Source: Octopus sinensis
Taxonomy: Eukaryota
Direction of reading: 5' to 3'
Assembly: GCF_006345805.1 (NCBI RefSeq)
Contig: NC_043000.1
Coordinates: 34,782,001-34,846,000, forward strand
DNA length: 64,000 nucleotides
Positions 23,880-36,950 of this stretch are shown piece after piece (the stretch's first letter is position 1; every line of letters starts with the position of its first letter). A model generated the notes under the pieces. That model was not told the origin of the DNA. It worked only from the letters and a program-made list of their open reading frames with translations, and did not search any database. A program made the translations under genes and the position numbers.

Positions 23880-25320
23880 AAGCAAGGCCATGTAGGGGGG
23901 ACATGGAGTTATGTACAGGGAGAGTGTTCATGCAAAGAGACTTTGAACTGAGCGGTCGTCAGCATCTTCACTATCTCATCCGGCAGCTTATTCCACTGAT
24001 CCGCAACCCAGACGGAGAAATCCCCTCCCCTTCGATTGAGATGAAATTGTCGCAGATAGAGCTTTTCGGAGTGACTCCGCAGCCGACGCCCTGGAGTCGG
24101 AGTGAAGAACAGCTCTTTCGAGAGGTTACACTTTCCGCTTATGATGTTGTGAGTGAGAATGAGATCACCACGGCAGCAGCGTTTTTCTAGAGAATAAAGG
24201 TCGAGCGTCTTCAGCCTTTCTTCAAAAGACAAATGCTTGAGACCAAGAACCATGCGGGTAGCCAGCTTCTGGACTCTTTCGAGATGATGTATGTCTTTGA
24301 GGAGATAAGGAGAAGAGGCTTGAATCCTGTACTCCAATATGGGTCTCACCAGCATGACATAGAGCGGTAGGAATATGGCTGCTGTGAGCATTCCGAATGA
24401 CCGTTGAATCAAAAACAGAACTCCGCATGCTTTGTTGGCATCATGGACACATTGGGCCGAAGGTGAAAAGGAAGAATCCGCCAAGATACCCAGGTCCTTT
24501 ACCTGGTCGGTCCTCTCCAGCAGCAGACAACCCGGCTCGAAATCAAGTTGAGTTGCAGGAGAGGAGCCAACAGGCAGATGACAGCACTTTGACATGTTCA
24601 GACACAGGTCCCATTCGTTAGACCATTTCCAAACTTGGTGGAGGCATCGACGAAGCTCATCTATATCACTGCGAGGAGCAACCAGTTTGACATCATTGGC
24701 AAATAGGAGGGTGTGTTGCGTGAGTTCGTCGGGCAAGTCAATTATGAAGACTAAAAACAATAACGGCCCAAACACTGAACCTTGAGGCATGCCACTGCTC
24801 GCACTGGAGACGTCACACAGTGAATCATTAACTTGGACGGAGCGATCTCAGAGGAAGGTACCAACCCATCGTACAATATCCGGATGGAAACTATATGCTT
24901 GAAGCTTAAGTAATAGGCGATGGTTAACCGAGTCAAAAGCTTTGGCAAAGTCCAATAAAACGATGTCAACAGCATCACCATCATCCACGATACGCGTCAC
25001 CAATTCTTCCTTTACCAGTAAGTTGGTCAAGCATGATCTCTTCGGCACGAAGCCGTGTTGGGAATCAGAGATAGAGGCTGTGTTTTGGAGGTGGAGCAAC
25101 ATACTTTTCTTCGGGATGGTTTCGAACATCTTGCTGATTATTGAAGTAAGGGAAACCGGTCGGTAGTTAAGCAGGTCTTCGCAGCTCCCTTTCTTGAAAA
25201 TCGGGCAGATTATCGCTGTTCTCCAGTCCGCAGGTACAACACCCGTCGCCAATGACATATTGAATAAAAGTGTTAAAGGTTCGCAGATGACCGGAGCCAA
25301 CACTTTGATAACCTGTGGGT
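23880..25320 (-). mobile_element. CR1-group LINE (second family), 5'-truncated RT fragment
   Basis: NYRPVSLTS, QHGF, LDFAKAFDSVNH, GMPQGSVFGPLLF, FAND (mutated YADD). ORFs 25369-24848 and 24790-23909 are in the same frame, split by a single TGA. Confidence 0.93.
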
Positions 25321-26358
25321 GGGTTATACATGTATGTTTATGAATATACGTATTTGTATGTATATGCATATCTGCATGTTTATGTATGACTGTGATTAAG
25401 AAATTCCCTTCCCAACATTGATTTCAGGTTCACACTCACATCATGGCACTTTAAGTATTATCTTCTATATTCCAAAACCAAGAAAGGCTTTGAGACTGGA
25501 TTTAATTAACAAAAAATAAATGAATAAAGAAATAAAGGATTCCATTGTATGTATCTATAAACTTGCGTGGCAGACATATAAACATAATGAATGAATTTAT
25601 CCACTAGATTGAAAACATGATGAACAGCATTAATCAACTTTTGACACTTGTAGTGATCTCATCAAAGGTATCTTCAGCACTTTTACCAATCCCCGAAAAT
25701 GGAGCACCCAATCTTTTATATAGAAGTCCAGTAGCTTCATAGAACTGGAGCTACTATTTTGCATAGCTGAAGAGTTTAGCACTTTATATAATATGAGCAG
25801 CTTGTCATCGGGGATATCAGTTCACAAGTCTCTTTACAGCATGTGACAGTTGTAGATGAGTACCACTAACATAGAAGCGGCTTCATTTGTTTCCAGTCAT
25901 TCATAAAACACGTCTGGCAATGAAGAAATATTACCGTGCTTGGAAACCAGTGAGGGTTGGTGATAGGAAGGGTAGCTAATCACAGAAAATATCTCTCAGT
26001 GAACTTCATCTGACCTATGGCATTATGAAATGATGAATGAAAAAATGAGTTTGATATTATACACACACACACAAGCATGCATGTACAAAGTAGGAATACA
26101 TGCACTCAGTACACAACAATTTTACCATTCAGGTTTCAGCTCATATTGGTAATCACATTCAACTTCCACCATTGCATGATCACACAGGGTTCTGTGTGGT
26201 CCGAGACGAGCCAGAAACAAATATAAAGAGCACATCAACAATAAGAGAAAAGAACATGGACTTGAACTTGATATACTCACACACACACAAGGAAGAATAT
26301 AAATGCAGAACAAGGTGGAAAAAATACTACTTGAATACTGAAGGTAGAGTAATATGCT

Positions 26359-26523
26359 TTTTTATTAAGGCTGCAAAAATATCACAAAAACTGATACTCA
26401 GTTTCACATTCCCATTCATTGGCCAGTTGTGATCAAGATTCTTGATCACAACTGCCTGATGAATGGGAATGTGAAATTATGAGTAGTGTTTTTTTTGTAA
26501 TGTTTTTACACCTTTAATAAAAA
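26359..26523. mobile_element. Palindromic fold-back MITE-like element
   Basis: About 80-bp inverted arms centred on 26439 (...ttgtgatcaaga t tcttgatcacaa...). Confidence 0.8.
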
Positions 26524-26549
26524 GAAGTGTATACACACACACGCATATA

Positions 26550-27429
26550 TACACAGTGTGCAGTGAATAAACTGTCATTTAAATTATGCAAAAATGAAAA
26601 TAACACTGACATCTCATTTTAGCAGATATATTTACCAAAATTACATAAAAATATCTTTAAATATTAAAGAGTAAATATATTCAATAAAATTACTATTGGC
26701 TTCAACCATGGCCTCCTGACAATTCGGAATCTCCTGCAACTCTTCTGGATGGTCTCCTTGTGTAAGTTGGTGAATGCTGCCATAATCCTTGCCTTCAGTT
26801 TCATCTTTGGTGTTACAAAGAATTTTCTCTGTTTCTCGTTCAACTGAGTCCCACTCATAATAATCAAGGAGGTTGCAGTCTGGGGATTTAGGTGGCCAGA
26901 TATTAGGGATGATGTGGTCGCAGAAATTGTCTGACAGCTATAACTGGGTTCTCCTGCTTGTGTGGCATTGTACAGAGTCCTGTCGCCAGACATAGGGTCT
27001 TCCAGCAGCCACCCTCTTGACCCAGGGCAGCACTACATCCTCCAGGTACTTGATGTAGGCCTCCATGTTGGGTCTAAGGCTGTGTAAGAAGATGAATGGC
27101 GGCATAACATCTGCATCACTAGTGATCACTCCAAACACCTTGATGTTGATTGGATGTTTGACTTTTATCACTCTCAGTATATGTCCTCAGATTGACATCC
27201 AAACACTCTGAAATGTTCATAGTGGTGCTTCCAGCATGAATGCTAAGTAGTACAAGCATGTTGTCCCCAAATTTCTGGCAGAGTGTTTTGCATCATGGTG
27301 CCGTTTTTCTCATAGATAGTGCCCAACTGACCCTACTGTACTGTGTAGTCGACAAAATCAAAAACAAACAATGCACATATGCGAAATAAAACATTTAAAA
27401 TGGCAACAATTTACTTATCACACCCTGTA
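26550..27429 (-). mobile_element. Internally deleted Tc1/mariner transposon, DD37D (maT) type
   Basis: WRQDSVQCH...WPPKSPDCNLLDYY, with 37 residues between the last two catalytic Asp (counted across one stop). Imperfect TIRs tacacagtgtg / caccctgta flanked by TA. Confidence 0.85.
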
Positions 27430-27864
27430 TCGCCTAACCACGAGTGTGTTCTCAAGAAAAATTTCAGCGAAACGCCAGAATGTAGAAATTTTTCTTGATA
27501 ACACACTCTTCTTGGTAAGGTGATTTAACATCTGTCTTAAGCATATTAGGAGTTCACTTTGGTGGTTATTCCTCTTAATTTGTATGTATGTCTAATTTCA
27601 AATCTTCAGATTTCTTAAATATGCTAAGCCACTGGTTTTAATTGATCAATATCAATTTCTACGCCCATTATTTAATTTTATATATATATATATATATATA
27701 AAAATATTTCACACACCCTACTCTAACGAATCAAACTACATCTCTTTGTCACATTTTCTCTTTGATGCACTTTGCTTATCTCTCGCTCCCCAATCCTGTC
27801 CTCTCTGCCCTGCTCACTATATCATTGCTATCTCTGTTGTCCCCTCTATATACCCAGGTTTTCA

Positions 27865-28170
27865 CCTATAGCCTCGGGTCGACCAAAGCCTTGAGTGGAT
27901 TAGGTAGATCGAAACTGAAAGAAGCCTGTCTTATATATGTATATATATATACATGTATATGTTTGTGTGTCTATGTTTGTCCCCCCCAACATCTCTTGAC
28001 AACCAATGCTGGTGTGTTTATGTCCCTGTAATTTAGTGGTTCTGCAAAAGAGACCAATAGAGTAAGTACTAGGCTTACAAAGAATAAGTCCTGGGGTCGA
28101 TTTGCTCGACTAAAGGCGGTACTCCAGCATGGCCACAGCCAAGTGACTGAAACAAGTAAAAGAGAGTAAA
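27865..28170 (+). mobile_element. Family B/C SINE, 5'-truncated
   Basis: ctatagcctcgggtcgaccaaagcc...gtgactgaaacaagtaaaag. Confidence 0.8.
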
Positions 28171-28327
28171 GAGTATACATGAATATACACACACACACAA
28201 GTGTATGTACCCACACACAGACGTACACACACACACACATATACACTTGAAATACATGTGGGTAAGTTTGTACAGAAAATATTGTTGAATTGTCTCTTTT
28301 ACAGATGAGAGCTAATTTTGTTTTTAG

Positions 28328-28421
28328 AAAGTTTATTCTTTACAATGTATTGCTATAGCCACTCCCATACATGCCGCCGCCTTCATTCTCCTCATACATA
28401 AAAAGCAGTGGCTGAGAAGTG
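28328..28421 (+). CDS. Candidate internal exon (KVYSLQCIAIATPIHAAAFILLIHKKQWLRS), coding status uncertain
   Basis: ttttgtttttag acceptor, 94-nt open frame, G|GTAAGT donor at 28422; local CpG retention. A rival minus-strand reading exists (see findings). Confidence 0.3.
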
Positions 28422-29754
28422 GTAAGTAAAGCCACACTTGAAGAACTCTGCTGCCGTAACTTAGTAGAACTACTTAGTGCGGAAGTATGTGTTCTGTTAG
28501 CATGTTTTAAGTACAAATGTAGGTTTGTGCAGTTTATTGGAAACATTATAAATATCATCATATGGTAAGAATATGTTAAACCATAACTTCCCCTAACTAA
28601 CAACACTCACAAACACACACATCCTCTCATGTTTTACAGTCTCTCTCTTCTTCTGTCATACTTTATTCCTGTTTCTTAACTACAATATTCTTCCCTGCTT
28701 TCATTGTTTTGCCTGCTTTGTCCCTTTCTCATTCTTTTTTCTTCCTGTCTCCTCTCTACTAGTCAGACATTCTGTCCCTCTCTCTCTCTTTGCCACCACC
28801 TCTAATTCCCCATCCCCCTGTCTCTGTCCATTTTATCCCATCCTCTCTCTGCTGCTGGAAGTGATCATGTTCTATTTTATTTCTTCCCTTTAACTATATC
28901 ATATCCAACTGACCAATTCACACACTTTCTTTATTATATTTTTGCTGGCCTTTTTTCTGTTTCTTTTTTTTTTGTTTTTATCCTCCTTAATTACACACTC
29001 CTTACTTTGCTCATGTCTTCAGATTTATTACAGAGTTTGTTCAGCTGCTGTTCTGTAACACAGGGCTAATGTAACTCTTAAAAGTAGTGCTCTGTGTTAT
29101 AAATCATTCAAGAGGAGGAGATACAGTTACTCTATTAAGTTTATATTGTTGTTACATAGCCAAGAAGATAGTGATTACTGATTGAGTGGACTTATGGTAC
29201 AACAAGCCAATCCAGTCATGACCATCTCAGCTTTTTATTTTTCAGGTTGAATATATTTAGGACTATTATTATCCAATGTACCCATACATTTTTAAAATAT
29301 TGGTGTGTGGTTTGAGAGTGATCTGTCTGATTTTTCTAGCACTTTTACTTGCTTTGTGACCTCTAGTTATTTTGTTTTCCCAATACCCAAGACATATCGT
29401 GTGTGTGTGTGTGTGTGTGTGTATGTTATTAATATCATTATTACATCACTGAACAGTAGGTTTTTGTATTCCCTTGTATCCTAACACTGTTATTAAACAT
29501 CTACTAATTTCCCCTTTGCCTTCAAAAACCTTTTTGCGTCCCTCCCCCACACCGTAGGAACATTATATGAGAAAGGTATGAACCATAATTGCAGCTGACC
29601 TGTCAGTATAATTTATTTTTATTAATGGACTCTATGTCTCAATCACCAGAATTATTTCTATAAATGGTATTTGGCAATTTCTTAGAACAATTTGTTTTCT
29701 ATTTTCTTCCCTTAATTTTTCTTTTTCCTACTTCTGCATATTAGTATTTTTATG

Positions 29755-30020
29755 TCTAATGTCCATTTTCCATGCTGGCATGAGTTGGACAGTTTGACTG
29801 ATGACTGGCAAGCCAGGAGGCTGCACCAGGCTCCAATCTGTTGTGGCAAGGTTTTTACAGCTGGATGCCCTTCCTAACACCCACCACTCCGAGAGTGTAG
29901 TGGGTGCTTTTTATGTTCCATCGGCATGGGGGCCAGTCAAACAGCACTGGCAACGACCATGCTCAAATGGTGCTTTTTGCATGCCACCGGCACAGGAATC
30001 AGTCAGGCAGCACTGGCATC
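29755..30020 (-). mobile_element. Family A SINE
   Basis: Same motif set as 608-893. Confidence 0.8.
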
Positions 30021-30519
30021 GAGGAATCAAATTCCAGCATAGTCTGATTTTCACATTTCATTTTCATATTTTTACATTTTTACAATATTTTACATATTAA
30101 ATATTACAAGTACCTTCATGTTTTATAAAAACCTTCAGTAAATATTTATGTAGCAGCATAATGTGCTTGACATCTGTAATGAAATGGTTGCATTTTTCCC
30201 TTTCTCGTTAGTTAAAATGATTTTATGAATAAGTGCTGTTAATGCTGGCTGTGTTACCAGCTTCATCAAACAATGATACCTGCTGATAGGTTAAAATGTT
30301 TGTAAGCTTCATTGTGCTGGAGCCTGTTAGGTGTTTAAAGGAAAAATTCAGTCCTTTCACTACAGTTGTCAAATGTGAAGCATATCGTTAATACTGCTGC
30401 TACTAAATATGCATTCACCTGAAGATTGATATGAAACTTGAAAGTACTTGTAATAATGTAAAGTTGTAAAAGTACAAAACTGAAATGGGAAAATTTGATT
30501 ATGTTGGAATTTGATTGAC

Positions 30520-30567
<48 letters not shown>

Positions 30568-30869
30568 TGTGTGTGTGCGTGTATGTGTCAGTATTAAGAT
30601 TTGCACTCATAAATGATAACTTAAGAGTTGGAACAAGAAGGGCATTTAGATATAAAATATAGTCAGAAAAACCCATCCAACCTCTGCTAGCATGGAAGAG
30701 TGTAAGTAAAACAATAATGATGAATGATATGCATGTATCTGTGTGTTAACTACATGGTTTCAGGTTCAGTCCCATTGAGTGGCACCTTGGGCAATTTTTC
30801 TACTCTAGCCTCAGGCCAACCAAAGCCTTGTGAGTGGATATACACACAACACTTATGTTTCACCAGTCA

Positions 30870-31640
30870 CTGCATTCCCCACCCCCACATTCTTTGCATC
30901 CATATGAAGTATCTCCTCCCTACTCCTGCACCTTTCACAATACCCTACCATTTATATTATGATCTCTGTACTCTGAGGGTATGCCTGGGCACTTACCACA
31001 ATCTATCTCTTTCTTGCTCTACCCTACATTCCCTTTTATATTCTGATCCCTGTTCCTTGTGATTATGCCCTGGCACTTTTCCACCATTCTCTCTCCTGCT
31101 CTCTCTTGACTCTTGCTTTCTTCCATTCTCTCTCTCTTTCTTTTGCTCTTCCCTCTGGCTGGGTAACCAGATATCTCCACTCCAGCAACACACCTGTTGC
31201 TGTTCTCATTTGTGATCTCTCTCACCAAGTAACCATGTACCTGCTCTACAGCAAAACACCTCTCTCTCTCTCTGTCACACTCTAACCATTTGTCATCGGG
31301 CACAAGATCACCTCCTCCAATGCCCCCTCCTCTCTCAAAGAATCTTTGCCTTGCAAGTTAGTTGGTGACCTTGCAAGTGTGCTGATACCATGTAAAAAGC
31401 ATCTGGTACACACTGTAAAGTGGTTGGCATTTGGAAGGGCATCTAGCTGTAAAAACCATACCAAAACTAACCTTGTAAAATGTACTCAGACCACTTTTTG
31501 GGGTAGTTGGTTTTAGGAAGGGTATCCAACCATAAAAATCATGCCAAAACAGACCCCGAAGCCTGGTGCAGTCTTCTGCCTGGCTAGCTCCTGTAAACCG
31601 TCCAACCCATGCCAGCATGGTAAGTGGTGATGATGATGAT
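30870..31640 (+). mobile_element. RTE LINE 3' UTR fragment (CT-rich segment plus family A tail)
   Basis: Same architecture as the 3' end of the RTE copy at 46080-46750. Confidence 0.65.
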
Positions 31641-31667
31641 GCTTTGTATATCATATATACATAAGCG

Positions 31668-33055
31668 CAGCATGGCTGTGTGGTAAGAAGCTTCTTTCCC
31701 AACCACATGATTCTGGGTTCAGTCCCACTGCATGGCACCATGGCAAGTGTCTTCTACTACAGCCTTAGGCTGACCAAAGCCTTGTGAGTGGATTTGGTAG
31801 ACGGAAACTGAAAGAGGCCTGTTGTATTTCTTGATAATACTAAAACTCTAGGGATGTTTGTGTGTAACTGAAATATGTCGGAAATAATATATTTTATCTT
31901 AATTTTTTTTACATATTTATTTTCATACTTACCTTTGGCAGTGCAGTAGAAATTTTTGTGACATTTGGACCTCTATTTAAACGATTAAACACAATTTTTG
32001 TTATTTCTTGATGAAAAAAATACATGGCTTCTGTGACATCAACACACATATAATGAATGTCATGGTGTATCAATCAACACAAACACCCGTCTACTATATG
32101 TGACATACACACACATAGTCTTTGCGCTCTTTGAAAAAAAAAAAGTCGACTTTTTGATGTACATAATATTATAATCATTTAGAAATATTCTTAACTAAAT
32201 GTGATTTCATCATCCAGAGTTTGTTAATTTCCGTAAAAATTTATTTATTTCCTTCAGTTTTAAAGTGAAAGAAAGAAGAAAGTGAAAGATGTATGTATGT
32301 GTATATGAAATGGGCACATGTGTGTGTGTAAGAGAGAGAGAGAGACAGAAAGTAAAGGTGTGTGTTGTCATGTATATGTGCATACATCAATACATATGCA
32401 TACATCTTTTTTGTATGTACGTGTGCATGTGTGAGTGTGTTAGAGAGAGTGTGAGTGAATGAACGTGTATGTTCTCATGTATGTGTAAGTGGCACACTCT
32501 CTTTCTTCCTCTCTCTCATGCACACACACACACACACGTCCATTTCATATACACATTCATACATCTTTTGGTTTCTCCTCTCTTTTATTTTAAAACAAAA
32601 GTAACAGGTGATTTTCAGGATAAAAATTGTTAAAAAAAATGCTTCTACTTATGTAAATTGATTACTATTGTTTGGATAGTTCCAATTAAATAAGTCCAGA
32701 AGTTAGGTTTTATATATATATATATATACATGCATAAGTACTGTGACTTCCCATTCTACAAAATGGTAAACAATTCCGTGAATACTTTACCGGGCAATTC
32801 TGGGTAGTAAGTCTAGTATATATATATATACATATATATATGTGTGTGTGTGTGTTTGTGTCTGTTTGTCTGCCCATCATCGCTTGACAACTGATGTTGG
32901 TGTGTTTACATCCCTGTAACTTAACACTTTAGCAAAAGAAACCGATAGAACTAGGCTTACAAAAAATAAATCCTTGGGTTGATTTGTTTGACTAAATGTG
33001 GTGCTCCAGTATGGCCAGGGTCAAATGACTGAAATAAGTAAGAGAAGAAAAATAA
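31668..33055 (+). mobile_element. Family B/C SINE interrupted by a ~990-bp Helitron-like insert (about 31827-32816)
   Basis: SINE head ends at gttgta (31826) and the 3' module resumes after (TA)n at about 32850. The insert ends in a degenerate ccgggcaattctgg hairpin followed by CTAG|T. Confidence 0.65.
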
Positions 33056-34576
33056 AAGAATGTGTATATATTTGATATTCTTAGCTCCATGAACATCTCC
33101 ATGTCCTCATAATCATACCAACCATGACCATCTCATCTGTTTAGGTTTACTGCATTTCCCACTACATTTTCCAATGTATCCATCATTTTCATAATACGGG
33201 TATCCATGATTTGGAAAAAGATTGGCTGCTCTTTCTAGCATGGCTCCCTGCTTATTCCCCCATTATCCTGTCGTAGTTAATGGGATTGTAGACTCTCTAA
33301 CTTTAATCTAGTTTTTATTTCTATTCACTGAAATTTTAAAAATTTTCTCCTCTCTTGGTGTGTTCAGTTTCCCTCCTGCTCTCTCCTCCTTTCCCTCTTT
33401 CCTTCCTCTCATTTTATGTCCCCCTCCCTCTCTCCCACTGCTTTTACATTCACGTGCATATACCAACATTCACTTATTTCCATGTCACTGTTAACCTAAG
33501 GGTTATTGTTGTTTATTCAATTCTATTAGGGTGGTTGTTTTTCAACTGTAACAATTGTGTGTGTGTGTGTGTGTCCACTATATCACCCAGTCTATATAAT
33601 TTTATATAAATACTCTTAAAATATCTTTTCTCCTCTGCTACCCCTCCCCTCTCTTTTATTGGTTCATCTCTGTCGTCTTTTTTTGTTTGTTTCCTTCTTT
33701 TCATCTATTGTATTTTCTCTTTTGCTCTTTCACAGTGAAATCATGCTTATTCTAGTGCACCTTCCTTTACACACGAGTTTGCGTGTGTCACACAGTGTGT
33801 ATAGTTTGATTTGGTTCATTTTACTGGGATGGGGTTGAGAGACAGAGGGAACTGTATGTAAATGTTAAGAAGATGATGGGTGGGCAATTTGTATTGAACA
33901 ACCACAATAACACTATCAAAGTTTCACGAGGTCCAATGAATGGGGGTGAAAAAGCTGAAAATGTTTGTGGCTTGGTGAACGAGGCACATGCTTAACACGT
34001 CTGGAGGATGGTTTTTCTTTTCGGTCTTTCGCCTTCATGTATTTTCTCTGACAGGCAACTCAGTGCAGGTGTGAGTATCCTCATTGTAACCTTCCTTTTT
34101 GCGTATGAATGCCCGATCTAGGTTTGGGTTGTTAGTGTTTCTCTTTGCAGTAACTTTCACTGTCTCTTCCCCCACTTCTTTAACTCTGTCCCTTTGTTAC
34201 AATAATGCAAATAGTCAGAGATAGTACAGAAAATTCCCACAAACTTTCTAAAGTGTAGCACACTGGGGACACATCAATAGACATCCATGTTAGCCATATT
34301 ATAGAGTTTATAGTAAATGTATGTTATACACCAAAATGAACCCATATCTGGCCCCAAAATTCTTCTTGTTGCATGTTCAAACTGGCCAAATCCAGCTTCT
34401 CACACCTGCCTACTATGTCATTCTAAAAATAGTCATTTCATCGAAATCTCAAGGCCTCAAGATAATGCAGGCTCAATTCAAAGCTGTGTGTATGAATAAG
34501 CATTACGTTTGCCGGAGTAATCGAATACTTAGTTCTTTTTCTCTCTCTCTATCTTATGCTCAATCTATTGATGTAG

Positions 34577-34617
<41 letters not shown>

Positions 34618-35194
34618 GCGTAAGATTTTGTTAATGGAATTGATTTGAAATTTATGATGAATGATTTGGTGCAAAGACAGGACCACATTGTCAGGATCTG
34701 ATATAAAAAAGAGAAGCAACTTGCCCCTCGGTTGAAATATTGATGAGAATCATTCTGTTGTTATCTAATGCCTACATATCTGACAAGAGGCATCACTTTA
34801 AACTACATGGATGCAAGTGACTCATACCCATGACATGCCAGCAGTCTCAAAGAAAGAGACTACTGTTGGAAGATTATGATAGATGAATGTGAAATGTATA
34901 TTCTAGAATGAACTGTGATCAAGAACATAGAAATAACTTATGCCAACATTAAAAGTCGTCCATTGGAAAATCAGTGATAAAGCATCTGAACAATAAATGA
35001 ATCTGATAACATCGGTTGACAATACAATGAAGTTTTGGTATGATTATGGTTAAAATTAACCAACTAGCATCTAAGCATGTGTTGGAAATATCCCTGTGTC
35101 AATTTTGCAGGTGGAGTGTTGGAAATTAAAAAAGTATATTAACAGATTATTGTGGAAAATGTTAACAACAGAAATGATTGGATTCAGTATCTAC

Positions 35195-35520
35195 TTTTAT
35201 CATTGTTTAGCGTTTGTTTTCCATGCTGGCATGGGTTTGATGGTTTGACTGGGGTCTGGAAAGCCAGAAGGCTGCACCAGGCACCAGTCTGATCTGGCAG
35301 TGTTTCTACAGCTGGATGCCCTTCCTAACGCCAACCACTCTGAGAGTGTAGTGGGTGCTTTTTACGTGCCACCGGCACAGGGGCCAGAGGAGGCTGGCAT
35401 AGACCACAATTGAATGATGCTTTTTATGTGCCACCGGCACAGAAGCCAGTCAGGGTGAGAGGGCTGGCATCGACTACGTTTGGATGGTGCTTTTTTATGT
35501 GCCACTGGCACGGGGACCAC
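35195..35520 (-). mobile_element. Family A SINE with internal tandem units
   Basis: Same motif set as 608-893. Confidence 0.82.
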
Positions 35521-36591
35521 AACTCCAATTTTGATTTCATTTTGATGCTCTAAAAGTATCTACTTTTATACCAATCAGAAATAAAATGTAACAATGGGGG
35601 TAAATGAAAACAAACACCACCACAACATAGTAGATATTTTCTGAAAGACCAACAGGAAGTGTGTCTTAATCTGACTAAAATCTTATTCTTTTTGTATGTA
35701 TGTATGTTGGGAGGATGTGTGTCCATTTACGATACACAATAAGTCTTGCAGAAAAAGAGAAAATTCGTATCAACCTAGAGCACAGTAGCTCTTCCCTGCC
35801 ACTCTACAGTTTTGTATGTAGAAGACACTGTATTCTTCTGATGAATGTTCATTTACATTTATATTTCTTGTACTTATTTCAGTCACATTGCACTGCAGCC
35901 ATGCTGTGACACCTTCTTCAAAACTGTGTCAGTTCGTCATATCAACTGCAGTACTTATTTTAGTTTATTTAACATTTATTTTTTAATGCTAGCAGGAGTT
36001 GAAAGGGAAGTTGATGTACAATATTTTGGACAAATGTACTTCCTGTTGCTAACACTTGCCTGTTTTTCAGCTAAGGGATTTTATTCCAGAGATCTTTGAA
36101 ATATGTCAACATCATCACTATTTGCTCAAGCAGTAACAAAGACTATCAATATTTATCTGTAAACATGTGCACATATGCACTGCCCCCACACGCAACACAT
36201 ACTCTTATCAGTTTTTTTTGTCTGTTCTTTGTTGATGTAATTCAGATATATCTAACATCAAATAAGACGCAATTGTTTCTTCCTTTTTTTTTTAAAGCGT
36301 TTCTAACAGAAGTTTGGTGGCAAGATGGCTTTCCTACTGACAATTCTCTTTATTTCTGATTAAAAGTAGAACTGCTGACCAAGGCTGACCATACTAAACT
36401 AGGTCAGTGAGCTTATAGTCTGGTGAACACTTGTCAGCTACACTTTTAGTAAAAGCCTTTTGCTGCCTTTCTTTTAAGAGGAAATGTCTGCCAAGTCTAC
36501 ATCTTCTTGGTTCTTACATGGAGATAATTCCTCTATCATCTTGAGACTTGACTGACAGGAAATATTCACTTCCCACACTACATATCACCAT

Positions 36592-36624
<33 letters not shown>

Positions 36625-36699
36625 CAGTCCAATGAAGGCTTGCATGCCAAAACTTCAAAGTCGATGTCGCCCCTCTTCTTGTAAAAATTTAATAAACAT

Positions 36700-36847
36700 A
36701 TACTCAACTAAACAGTATTGTACATTATTTACATTTGACAGATTGTTTGTTGTTAACTCAACATTTTGTCTGATATACCCTCCAGCCTTCATCAGGTGTC
36801 TTGGGGAAATTTCGAACCTGGGTTCTCATTCCTAAGGTATTTTTCGA

Positions 36848-36880
<33 letters not shown>

Positions 36881-36950
36881 AGTCACTGCCTGGAATTGAA
36901 CTCAGAGTCCTGGGGTTAGTAACCCACACTCTTAACCACTATGTCAAATG
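36700..36950 (-). mobile_element. tRNA-headed SINE with Penelope-like 3' end (family F), decayed hammerhead
   Basis: Colinear with 63560-63905; the GAAAC core is mutated. Confidence 0.8.

Noticed and set aside
24848-24850. In-frame TGA in the CR1 ORF as possible selenocysteine or readthrough
   Set aside because: The element is 5'-truncated with a mutated YADD motif; a simple nonsense mutation is sufficient explanation.
31925-31941. ATACTTACCtttGGCAG resembling the U1 snRNA 5' end
   Set aside because: Similarity stops after about 17 nt with no U1 stem-loops or Sm site; it is simply a reverse-complement splice-donor-like string inside the Helitron-like insert.
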